Positions 12,106-23,265 of a DNA stretch of 64,000 bases are shown here, in pieces (the first letter of the stretch is position 1; every line of letters begins with the position of its first letter). Where the stretch lies: positions 8,184,001-8,248,000 of the forward strand of contig CM120646.1 in assembly GCA_051362555.1 (NCBI GenBank), written 5' to 3'. The notes below the pieces were generated by a model. It made no database searches. It saw nothing but the letters and a program-made list of their open reading frames with translations, and was not told the DNA's origin. The translations under genes and the position numbers were made by a program. Source of the stretch: Lingula anatina. Taxonomy: Eukaryota > Animalia > Brachiopoda.

Positions 12106-13530
12106 TTTAAAAGTTGTCTTGCTCGGCAGAGAACCCCTTATCAAACAGTACATAAACTCGAAAAGTTTATAGCTTTGTATTGAAATAACAACTTTATCTT
12201 TTATACGGTAATGTCAGATATGACTTCCATACAGAGTCTACAGCCTACAGGTAGTCCTTATCTCAGAAGTAGCAGATCAGTATTTACGGTGTATAGGTCG
12301 ACTTCACCATGGAAGTTGGCCTGGGTATAACAGTCCCTCTGCTCCATACATAGTTTTTGAGACAAACTTCCATAAAATCATGTTTTCCTCACTCTACCTA
12401 CATCTCAACTTTCTCTAAAATAGCAAGAATGAGAGACAAGAAACATGTACCCAGATGTACATTATGGTCTCTTTTTCATAATTCACCACTCAAAACACAA
12501 GAAAACACCAATATTTCTGAGATACCAATATATGCAGTTCTGGCCCTTTGGGGTAATTAAGAATTGCACTGCATATATGCTGTCCCAGTCCCTATATCAG
12601 GTTAATGAAACCTCCATAATGGTAATGATGATGATGATGATGATGCACTGCTTTGCATACCAAGCCAACTGCACCGACAGTTTCCTTGCACCTTGGGCTG
12701 CACAGGCAGTGCTCAGGTAAAGCTATGCTAGGGCAACATAGCTGACTGTTAGATTATTATGAACCCGTAAATAGCCCAATGGCCGACTTATCAAAATTCA
12801 TGAAAATCACAATTGTGCAAAAAATTGTTACTGGTTGAAATTCACGTGCCAAAAGAAAACTATGATGGTCCGGGGGAAGGTCTCCGACCATATGCTGGGG
12901 ATATGATGTCTCCACTCAACAAACTCACAACTTTGATTCTATACAGGTTTATTTCTGTTAGCGTAAATGTACATAAGAGCCTTTAACCTTACAATGTGAA
13001 CAACAACCTTCCTGCTCCAGAGCTAACCCTGTACTGACTTCTTCAGAACATTGTTAATTTTTAAATCTCTTGGGAGGGCGGTGACTGCCTGGTTCCTATT
13101 GGCCAGGTTGTCTGTCACTCAGCAGCATCTATTTAATTTTACAGCTAATATGTACAATTTACATAATACAGAAACATAGGCAGGATCTATACCATAAAAT
13201 GCAGACGAAGGCGGCTACATAGTAATTTATCGTTTCCATAAAACAAAGGTAAGGTAGATATAAAGTGATTTACATAGTCTCAATTAAACACAGGTATGGT
13301 AGGTAGTAATTATTTTCTAAAACTGGTTTCATCCACAACATTAAAGAAAGTCTCACTGGGCTATTTAGATAACTTTTCTTAAATCAGATAAATCACAGGA
13401 TATACTGTCCATTGTCAAGGTAAAGTAAATGCACTTAATTAAAGACTCCCATGGTATCTCCCTTCCACATGAGCAAGACCATAATAATTTGAATAGATAT
13501 ATATAGGAAGGAAGGTTCAGCTGTAACTAA

Positions 13531-13725
13531 AGATTAATTTTTAGATTGACCTAACTCCCTGGGGGTTCACCCTAAATTGCAGTCAGCCGAGCAGGCACCA
13601 TAGTTAATTACCCCCTTACAGCTTTTAGTAGGCGAGACAGACGCATAAGCCGGCCAAGCTGACAGTAATCTAGTGAGACTCCCCACAGGGATAGATCGAT
13701 CTAAAAATCTATGGAAATGGGGTGT
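13531..13725. mobile_element. PIF/Harbinger-type MITE (family 1) inserted in the 3' LTR
   Basis: Same internal sequence as the other copies. TAA TSD; absent from the sister LTR (GTAACTAAGTGGCC at about 18134). Confidence 0.82.
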
Positions 13726-14291
13726 AAGTGGCCCACTGGCTGTAATGTTGTTTTATTTCTCTCTTTTTTTTTTTGTAATATAATGTTAAATAATCATGAA
13801 ATAAATAATGCTAAATAACTGTCATACATCTCCCTTGCCCAATAAAATTTGTGCCTCCAATTTTCTACAAATAAATAATGCTATTTATAATACAATTTTG
13901 TGCCATAATATTTTAAGGTATGCAAACAGACTTCAACTTATTCTAAACTAACAATTAGAAAAAAATGGCAATCTGCTTCCTAGGCCTATGTCAAAAGCTC
14001 AATTAATATCCTTCACCGGCGTATGTGGTGAGTGGACTTGTCATGCTTTGAATTCAGTCTTGCATGTAATTTAAAAAAATATAAATTTTTTTAACACTGC
14101 TGCACAATATGACTTTATTTTGGGTAGAATATCCTATTGTGGTTCATTATCACCATATTCACATCAAAATCCCCTTTTGTCAATTTATTCAGTTTCCAGT
14201 ATTTTGGCCAAGAAATATTTCTAGTGATTGGTAACAATATCTGCACATCAGTTTGGGCGTGTCCCAAATACAACCTGATGTTTCCCCATTC

Positions 14292-16622
14292 AACTAGAGG
14301 ATCAGAGAGGCGATACCGCCTCCGAATATTGTACCACCAGCTGGAGCAAGCGCATTCGTATAGACCCCCACATACACAAAATAAGGGACACAGCCACCAC
14401 TTTTGTGCTTGACAAGCTGTAAAAATGCAATCAACAAGAATTTTTTAACTATTGCAAAAAATATATATGGTACAATCAAATTTAAGTTCTTCGTAAGGTA
14501 GGTCAAGGGTCAATTTCAAGGTCACAGTAAATTGCCAGTATATGACTTCCTATTCAAGTTCAAGAGTAACTATGGACCTATCTCTGTCAAGTTTGAAGTT
14601 AAAAGAGAAAGAAATTAGCAGAGTTCAGTTCATGATAAAAAGTAGGTCAAAGGTCAATTTCAAGGTCACATTTAGATTGCCAGTATATGACTTTCTATTC
14701 AAGTTCAATAGTAACTATGGACCTATCTCTGCCAGTTTTGGAGATAAAAGGGAAGCAAAATTTGCAAAGTTCAGTTTATGGTGAAAAGTAGGACAAAGGT
14801 CAATTTTAATGTCACATTTATAATGCCAGTATATGACTTCCTATTTAAGTTCAATAGTAACTACGGACCTATCTCAGCCAGTTTTGGAGATAAAAGGAAA
14901 GCAAAATTTGCAAAATTCAGTTTATGGTGTAAAGTAGGTCAAAGGTCAATTTTAAGGTCACATTTAGATTGCCAGTATATGACTTCCTTTTCAAGTTCAA
15001 TAGTAACTATGGACCTATCTCTGCCAGTTTTGGAGTAAAAAGAGAAAGAAATTAGCAGAGTTCAGTTCATGGTGTAAAGTAGGTCAAAGGTCAATTTTAA
15101 GGTCACATTTAGATTGCCAGTATATGACTTCCTATTCAAGTTCAATAGTAACTATGAACCTATCTCTGCCAGTTTTGGAGATAAAAGGGAAGCAAATTTT
15201 GCAAAGTTCAGTTTATGGTGAAAAGTAGGTCAAAGGTCAATTTTAAGGTCACATTTAGATTGCCAGTATATGACTTCCTATTCAAGTTCAATAGTAACTA
15301 TGGACCTATCTCTGCCAGTTTTGGAGATAAAAGGGAAGAAAAATTTGCAAAGTTCAGTTCATGGTGAAAAGTAGGTCAAAGGTCACTTTCAAGGTCATAG
15401 TAAGATTGCCAGTATATGACTTCCTATTCAACTTCAATAGTAACTATGGACCTATCTCTGCCAGTTTTGGAGATAAAAGGGAAGAAAAATTTGCAAAGTT
15501 CAGTTCATGGTGAAAAGTAGGTCAAAGGTCACTTTCAAGGTCATAGTAAGATTGCCAGTATATGACTTCCTATTCAACTTCAATAGTAACTATGGACCTA
15601 TCTCTGCCAGTTTTGGAGATATAAGGGACTAAATGTTATAATTTTGGAGTTACCATAATGTGCCTTAAATTTCGTACAGAAAAAATTAATTAAAATAAAG
15701 AAAATGTCATTTTGGTAAAAATTCTTGAAATAGGAGGTGCTCTGAAGTTTCAGAAGTTCAAATTTGATGAAATAATGTCATTTTTGAACACAAGTTGTCT
15801 GCTTTGCCAAGCCTTATGTTTTATTTTTCCAGAGTTCAAAATTTATTATCCATTACCGTACTGCACATTTTGCTTTTACCACCAATATGTACTTTTTGAT
15901 ACAGCGTAACTCGAAAACCGTATGGAATACAAAAAAACCGAGATCACCTCCAGTGTTGGGCTTTACATGCTCTACAAAATGCAAAAAAGAATGGGTCTCT
16001 AGCATTAACGGTTCCCGAATTAGAGACAGTTTTCAGTTTCGGTATCTTATGGCCGCGTCTCCCGTGAAAATGCACTGATTGACCCCAAATTCATGGAGAT
16101 GAAAGATGACCTGAAGGGTAACACCTTCCAATAATATTATTGGTTAAGTCTGTGTGGTGTCTGAATAACAGGACAAAAAAAAAATTTTTCGTAAAAAATT
16201 TCATTTTTTTGAAAATTTTGGCCCATTTGACCTTGAAGTAAAGGTCAAAGGTCAAATCCAAGGGTATATTTGAAATCTACACATATGACTTTTGGAAAGC
16301 CGTCTATAGAAATTTTTCCCATAACACCTTCCGTAGGGTAGATAATTAGCATTTAATTTTGCCATTTTTAGACAAGGGTGCATTGCAATGAGTGCCACAC
16401 CCAGACCCCAATACCGACAAAGCCCAAATTTTACGTGGAACGAGTTGAGATTATAGGTGACCTAAATCCATGAGATGGGTATGGGGGCCCTTACCGTCTA
16501 GGAGGAGAAGCGGTAACGGTAGCCGTCCGGCGGAGCCGGCGGAGCCGGCGGAGCCGGCGGAACGATCCGGACGGGACCGAAACCATGTGTACCGCCAGCG
16601 CTAACGCTGGTGGTACAATAAT
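14292..16622 (-). mobile_element. Helentron-associated non-autonomous element (HINE/DINE-1 type) nested in the LTR element
   Basis: Subterminal inverted repeats TATTGTACCACCAGC (14327) and GCTGGTGGTACAATA (16606-16620). 5' hairpin TGTACCGCCAGCG-CTAA-CGCTGGTGGTACA, (CGGAGCCGG)n microsatellite, central tandem array, 3' hairpin GAGGCG-GTAT-CGCCTC and a CTAGTT end. Confidence 0.85.
14495..15625. repeat. Tandem array of about 8 units of 146 bp (HINE central repeats)
   Basis: The AGGTCAAAGGTCA anchor (or a variant) recurs at 14644, 14790, 14936, 15081, 15227, 15373 and 15519. Confidence 0.95.
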
Positions 16623-19600
16623 GATCTTTGGCATTAGACCGGTAACAAAGGTGATGTTTTTCACCAACGGTGACCCTTCTATAGTTAGTTCGTTAGGACA
16701 GGATTTAATTTTTGTCATTGGGACCATGACACTCTCAGTATTACCTGTTATCTCCAAGGCAAGGTAGTTTGGGGCTTTCTTTCTGCATTTGACACATATT
16801 GCGACAAAAATTAACAGTAAAAAGATGAACAGAAAATAAACTGGAGTGGCATTTTCATGTGTTAGTGCTTTGTACAAATCAAAATATTCTGTTGTTGGTG
16901 ATGTGGTGGTGATGTATGTTGTGTATCTGAAGAGGGGTGCTGGATTCGCTTAAGCTATGACCAATGTCTAGTAGAGTGGTGGACAGGACTTTTAGTTTAT
17001 ATGCTAGACCAAATGAGAACACTAGACCAAAACTTGCAATAACCAAAGCAGCATATGACAGTATTTCTCTAAGGTTGAATTCTGTATCTGGTAACTTTAG
17101 CTCTCCAGATAGCAGAGGTTCTGCTAATGATTGAAAATTGTTGCCTCCATGGCCTTGTCTAGTTTTATTTTAATTTGATTATCTTTGGTCAAAAATTTTG
17201 AAAAGTTGGTTGTGTATAATTTTAGTTCTGGGATATCTATAGTTGGGGGTTCTGAAAATAGGGAATGGCCTAAAATTGAAAAATGTTTTGGGAATCGGAA
17301 AAATGTTGCAAGAATGCAAGATTAATGGGATGTAGGATTTCTATTTTGTCACTTTCTGTGCAAATTTGTTCTGGAGGTAAGTAGATAGTGGAATATTGGA
17401 CTGCACAGTTGCATGGAACTTTCATCACCCAAAAGTCACAGCCTGTTTGGTGGAGTTTTCCTCGCATTTAAAGGTGAGGTTGTAAATTTTGTATACTAAA
17501 ATGTTGTTTTCACCTAGTCTTTTAATTGACGGCTTGATACTATTGGGCAAAATGTGAATTCACAAAACTTTTTGATGTTATGTTTGTTGTCAAGTATTAT
17601 CGCTTGGAGGCACTTTTGGTCACTTGTAGGTCTTAAATTAGAGACTTCACATAATTAACTTTTCATTTCCACCCACACACTCACTGAGGAAGTTTTCATC
17701 GAAATTGATTGGTGTTTTGTCTGAATTTGGTTTGCCGAAATATCTTGGGATGCTTGTTAATATTGATGAGTGGTTGCTGGTTGTGTTTACTGGGATCTCA
17801 AATGTTTCTGTTTTTAGAATTTGAAGCTGATGATGAAAGTGTTATTATGATGGAATTCTTGATTCTGTTGGTTGCAAATTTAGCATGTTTGTAACAGAAT
17901 TTAAAATCTGTGTGAATCTCAAAATTTTTCATGTATGTTTGCAATATCTGCTGGTAAGATATTTTGTCTCCCAAGTCTTTCCATTTTCGTTGTGAAAGGC
18001 ATTGGGATCATTGCCCAGGTTCTCCAACACTATGATGGAAATAAATAACTGGTATCTCCCTTCCACATGAGCAAGACCATAATAATTTGAATAGATATAT
18101 ATATATATATATATATAGGAAGGAAGGTTCAGCTGTAACTAAGTGGCCCACTGGCTGTAATGTTGTTTTATTTCTTTTTTTAATATAATGTTAAAAAATC
18201 ATGAAATAAATAATGCTAATTAAATTACTGTCATAAAACCTTCAGACAAATGATTTTAAGATCGTTTGAAGTTTACAAACTGTTCAAAATTTTTCACACA
18301 TTACCACAGGTTGTATGGGGTGAGTAAGTGTGTCTATGACCTTTATGTCAAACTTTACCACATGTGGAAAAGATAAAGTTCACTGACAGAAGCTAGAACC
18401 GATGAGATATAAAATATGTAGTCTGAGTCTTAAAGCACAAGCCTGTGGCTGTTGCCCACCTCAAGTGGCACCAGGCTAGTAAAAAAGGTTTACAGTTTAC
18501 AAAGCACTAGCCCAAATGGGCTAGTCAGTAGTAATTTTTTGCCTATTTTAACACACAGCAAAATGTCAAAAATATTAATCGCCAATATTCTTTGTCCCCA
18601 ACACTTAGTTGACTCACTGGTCACACGTGGCATGTTTAAATTGCATGGTATAACTGTGATGCACTATATTGTTGTGATATACAAGTGTTTGATTACATGT
18701 TTGTGTGAAATTTTGCATCTTCTGTTTCCATTATATATTAATGTAGGCACATGAAACACATGCTTACAATATGTCTGACTTCTTAAAACGGTGTAAGGGT
18801 TCAATCCCCAGAAAAAAAAGACACCCTCAGGACTTACTAAAAGTTTGTAGGAAGAGAAGAAGAAACAGGTCTAAATATGACTCTACAAAATTGCATTTTT
18901 ATACCTGAATCTGAGTGTCATATGATTCCAAGCACATGACTGCCACAGTTCAACATCAAAATAAGGCCGTCATAGTATGGTACATCTTAGCTTTGCTTCA
19001 AAATTGAGGTTAGTCACTAACTTTTTTTGAAAGTCTTGAATAAATATAATTTTTAATTTGGAAAATGTATGAGATGTTTATTTTTTAGAGACACCTTAGC
19101 AGAGCAATTTTGCATCATTTTTCACATCTTTTCAGATTTTCTACTGCAACAGCTTAATTAAGCAAAGAGAGAGCAGGAAATTTCCTTTTAAATTTGAAAG
19201 CCTGAATATATATATGGTCTTTTTTTTAATTTTAAAACAATTTCATATTTTGAAACCGTCAAAATGAATTAATTATATTTGGGCTAGTGTTTTTTGGTTT
19301 GGCCTAACAAATTTTTAGACCTTGCTTACCCTAAGGGTTAGTAGTCTAAAAAGGTTTTGGCACACACTATGTATATATCACAAAAAAAGTTCTTTCAAAT
19401 TTGTTACCCTTTATAAATTACAATGTTACTTTTATCAAAATAAAATACCTTTTCATTCTTTTATTATTTTAAAAAGCCACTTTTCAACTGCTTCTTAATG
19501 TTTACTTTCTATCTTTACTTACTTTAAGCAAATTAAACCACTAAAAATGGCAAAGTTTGATAAAAGAAGGGTCATAAACATGAAAGAAATTATGCAATGA

Positions 19601-20032
19601 CATATGCTGCACAGAAACTTTCTTTAAAAAAAAAGGAAAAAATCTTTCCTCTCTCTTGAAGAATTAAAAATCATTGGACTGAAAACCAATATAAATCACG
19701 ATTTAGTCTCTTTTAAAATTCTTTGAAGACAAATAACATTCATTACCCTCCAATACTGTTGACCCCCAAGTAAGGAGAATGCAAGAAGGGTAACCAGTAA
19801 TTGGCTAAAACATTTTTGGCATTGACTACTTTATGACACCTTAACAAATGTAGAAAAAAGAGAGCATAACCACATGAATTATGACATTTATTCTTTTATA
19901 TTATATATCCCTAATAGAAAGAACATTTCAGACTTTAATTTTTGTGTCAAAATATCTTAGTAATAATAATAAAATTATACGCTATTCTGTAAACACAGAC
20001 ATAAACCCTTGTTAAAGTAAGGATTTATTTTT

Positions 20033-21592
20033 TTAATTAACCTGCTGAAAATATTTCAGTATGCTTCTCATTAATTTCCACAAAACTACTGAAGGAAGAA
20101 CATAAGCAGTAATGAGCAAACAACTAACCACCACTTTGTAAGCAATGACATCCAGCAGAAAGTACTGATACCAGTTTAAACTATAAGCTGCTTGGGAATG
20201 AAAGTGAAGAGATCCATTGTGACGCATGGTGTAGTTGAGCCAAAATAAGAGTTCTTCCTGTCCTGACATAGGAGTGTCTTGCAAAATTAGTGAAATCTTC
20301 TCTGCATTTTCTTTGTAAGATTTCTCATTCAAGACCTTCCTAATGGCATTTTCTAACTTAGTTTCAGTAAGGGTTAGATAGTCAAGGGACACCCCAACTT
20401 TAACACGATCTGTTAATTTTCTAGCATTTTGGGGCTGATCCCAAAAGAGAGGAATGGCCACCACGGGCACTGCATGGTACAGGGTCTCCCACATGCTGCT
20501 TACTCCACAGTGGGTGATGAACAGTTTAGTGGCTGGGTGAGCAAGAAGATCATTCTGTGGAAACCACTTTACCAGATATGTATTACTGTTTAGTGACTTT
20601 GGAGCTTTTCCATCATGGCGCCAAATTACCTTCTGGGGAAGCTTAGCAAAAACTCTGGCAAACATCTCTGCTTTTTCCTCTTCCAAATGTGGCACAATAG
20701 TCCCAAAGCTAAGTAGAATAACCCCATGAGTAGCAGTTGTAACAATATCATTGAAAAACTTGGGCAGAGGTTTTGCTGGTGTCCACAGGAGTCCAGAGAT
20801 AGGTTTGACATGGGGCATGACTGGTCTGGGGTAATCTAAGGCAAAATGAGCATTTGCAGCAATCATAAGAGAAACCCTCTCAAATGCATGCTTCATGTGG
20901 GGAATATTTTCCTCTGGAAGATACTTTAATCTAAGGCCTTCTATATAGTCCATCTTTTCATCCAGCCAGCCTTGAATACTTTGGTCCACCTCATAATTGT
21001 GTAACCTTTCCCAAAAGTCCATATGGTCAGAGAGTCCAGTAGGAATGTTAGGAATGAATGAATAAAACATTGGTTGACGAAAAACATACCAAGGGTTCCA
21101 GATGCCATGATTCCAGTAACCAACTGATGGCACTTTCAAATACTCATTCAGAAGAGTACTGGCTCCAAAGTTAAAGGGATCAAAGAAATAAAGCGAGAAG
21201 TTGGAGTTTTTTAACTGCATCAAAGTTTCCTTATCACTAAACAATGAATGACTGAGTAAGTAATCACTGTCATCCATTTGTCTAAGAGCAATAACTGGAT
21301 CATGTTCAATGATGGCAAAAGCAGTCTGGAGATCAAACACACCACCTTTGTTGACTTCAGTTTCATCAATATGAAATCTGATCAGTTTCACATCATCTAA
21401 GTCAAGCTTTGGTTTATAATGGTCTGCAACCAGCATGGTAATCTCATGCCCATGGTCTCGCAGCAAGATGGCAATCTTTTCCATATTGAATGTTCTTGAA
21501 TTGAATATGTGGGTATATGGGAAAACAAATATCTTTGCACCCTCACAATGATTTGCCAAAACAAGCATCCACAGTATATAAAATGCAAGCAT
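20033..21592 (-). CDS. UDP-glycosyltransferase paralogue 4; single coding exon; lacks the C-terminal dilysine tail
   Basis: Same motifs. ATG at 21592 (alternative 21622). TATATAAAG on the minus strand at about 21679-21687. Ends KYFQQVN*. Confidence 0.93.
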   Translation of the reverse strand: MLAFYILWMLVLANHCEGAKIFVFPYTHIFNSRTFNMEKIAILLRDHGHEITMLVADHYKPKLDLDDVKLIRFHIDETEVNKGGVFDLQTAFAIIEHDPVIALRQMDDSDYLLSHSLFSDKETLMQLKNSNFSLYFFDPFNFGASTLLNEYLKVPSVGYWNHGIWNPWYVFRQPMFYSFIPNIPTGLSDHMDFWERLHNYEVDQSIQGWLDEKMDYIEGLRLKYLPEENIPHMKHAFERVSLMIAANAHFALDYPRPVMPHVKPISGLLWTPAKPLPKFFNDIVTTATHGVILLSFGTIVPHLEEEKAEMFARVFAKLPQKVIWRHDGKAPKSLNSNTYLVKWFPQNDLLAHPATKLFITHCGVSSMWETLYHAVPVVAIPLFWDQPQNARKLTDRVKVGVSLDYLTLTETKLENAIRKVLNEKSYKENAEKISLILQDTPMSGQEELLFWLNYTMRHNGSLHFHSQAAYSLNWYQYFLLDVIAYKVVVSCLLITAYVLPSVVLWKLMRSILKYFQQVN

Positions 21593-22160
21593 TTTAAATG
21601 TTGACCTGCTTGGCTGGAACATGTGACTGAACAGTGCGAGTCTGAAGACTCAGACTTACTGGTACAAATATTGACTCAACTTTATATATCACTCTAGAGA
21701 GGGCATATGGGGTAAATTGTAGCATGTCTCTGACCTTGCGGTCATTTCTTTCAACATGCAATAGATAAAGGTCACTAGCTGATAAGCGTGTTTCAGAACC
21801 ATACCCTGATATGCCCATGGCCAACACATACACACACGTGGGCACACACATATGGGCTGATATGTGATATTGAAAATTCTTAGAGAATAATGCATATGAA
21901 TTAAACATTTTATATGTACACTTAACCCATTAGCTGCATAATTACACAGTGCGTATCAATTGCTGTTATGTTAGAATAGTATCCATTCAAATGTATAAAA
22001 CTCTTAGTTTAGTTTAGTTTAGTTTGTGAATTTTTTGTACTGATCATATTAAGGTAATCAAGTGTCAATGAAAATCCATCCTCCCATTTTAACGTCTGCA
22101 CTATTGAATGTTTCAGGTAAAGACATACAGTTTCTTACAGAAGGTCATGACAGAGATTAA

Positions 22161-22375
22161 GACCCCATTCCCACAGATTTTAGATCGATTTATCCCTGTG
22201 GGAAGTCTCACTAGATTACCGTCAGCTTAGCCGGCTTAAATGTTTATCCCACTTACTAAAATCTGTAAGGGGGTAATTAACTATCGTGCACGCTCGGCTG
22301 ACAGCAATTTAGCGTGAACCCCCAGGGAGTTAGGTCGATATAGATGGATTGATCTAAATCTATGGGAATGCACTC
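22161..22375. mobile_element. PIF/Harbinger-type MITE (family 1)
   Basis: GACCCCATTCCCACAGAT...ATCTATGGGAATGCACTC with TAA TSD. A related copy lies at 41392-41637 and a truncated copy at about 53050-53132. Confidence 0.82.
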
Positions 22376-23265
22376 TAAGATATAGTTTCCTGGGGGATAA
22401 TCTTATTTTACAATCTGGCTGGCATACAGCTGCCAATACTCAGAAACAGGGATAACCCCTGCCCATTTCTGGTAAGACAGGATTGCTCTGTATCCAACTA
22501 CAAAGTGTGAAGGGATGCTCAGAATGAGTTACGTTGCAATAGCAACAGTACACTAACTCTTTGGTGACTCTCACTGAATGCAATCAGACTAACAGACTAA
22601 CATGCTTTCTCTTGTTTCCAGCCTACTTGTACATGTATAATCTCCATATTCTACTGTTAATTAACCCCAACAGACCCTTAACACGGCAAGAATTACCCCA
22701 TGATCAGGAAAACATGCTATCAACCTAAGAATAAAAACAATCCATGTGTGGCAAAAACTGTTCTGGTTACTGGACCAGTTTGCCACCAGGGTCTGCCCAT
22801 AGCAGAACCAGTAGCCAGTAACTGTACTTATTCACAAACTTTAACTGGCCTGGTTTTAATGTTACTGGCTTGGAGTCAGTGTCCAAACCCCAGACTACCA
22901 TTCTTTGGGGCTAGTCAAGAGTGTAGGAAAACTTATATCAAACCTATGCATAGAAACACATACACAGTAAATGTCTCAAACACCTTAAGGGTACAGTGAT
23001 TACCCAAAATATGCAAATGTTCATCCATCCCAATGCTCTATATTTTCAAGTTTTATCATTTTCAGCTACTTGCAACAATGTCTTTTCTGACATCAGGTGT
23101 ACTCACATTTCATTTTTTTGTAATAGCATCTATGTATTATTGATAATACAATATTTTATGGAATGTTATTGATTGATTTTGATAAATTTAATTAGTAATC
23201 ACTGTATGACACCTAGTACCTATCTCCACCTCCAACTCACACATCTACATGTTAAAACATCTCAC

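Larger units (their letters stand above)
12861..18235 (-). mobile_element. Decayed env-bearing LTR retrotransposon with TATGA...TCATA termini
   Basis: LTRs at 12861-13826 (3') and 18031-18235 (5', internally deleted). TSD AAAC confirmed by the empty paralogous site GAAAACCTTCAG at about 9051. PBS TGGAGAACCTGGGCAATGATCCC (tRNA-Ala-like) at about 18004-18026. PPT GGGCAAGGGAGATG at 13827-13840. Env-like Cys-rich and TM fragments at 17270-17467 and 16620-16877. Confidence 0.85.

Noticed and set aside
14294-14506. Apparent terminal exon LVKHKSGGCV...LIL* with a good acceptor
   Set aside because: It lies entirely within the HINE 3' end (subTIR and hairpin).
14495-15625. Regular repeat array as a CRISPR
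   Set aside because: Units are whole tandem copies with no unique spacers, there are no cas genes, and the array lies inside a eukaryotic HINE.
18000-18030. tRNA-like sequences here and at about 57788-57805
   Set aside because: They match only tRNA 3' ends next to LTRs, so they are primer-binding sites rather than tRNA genes.
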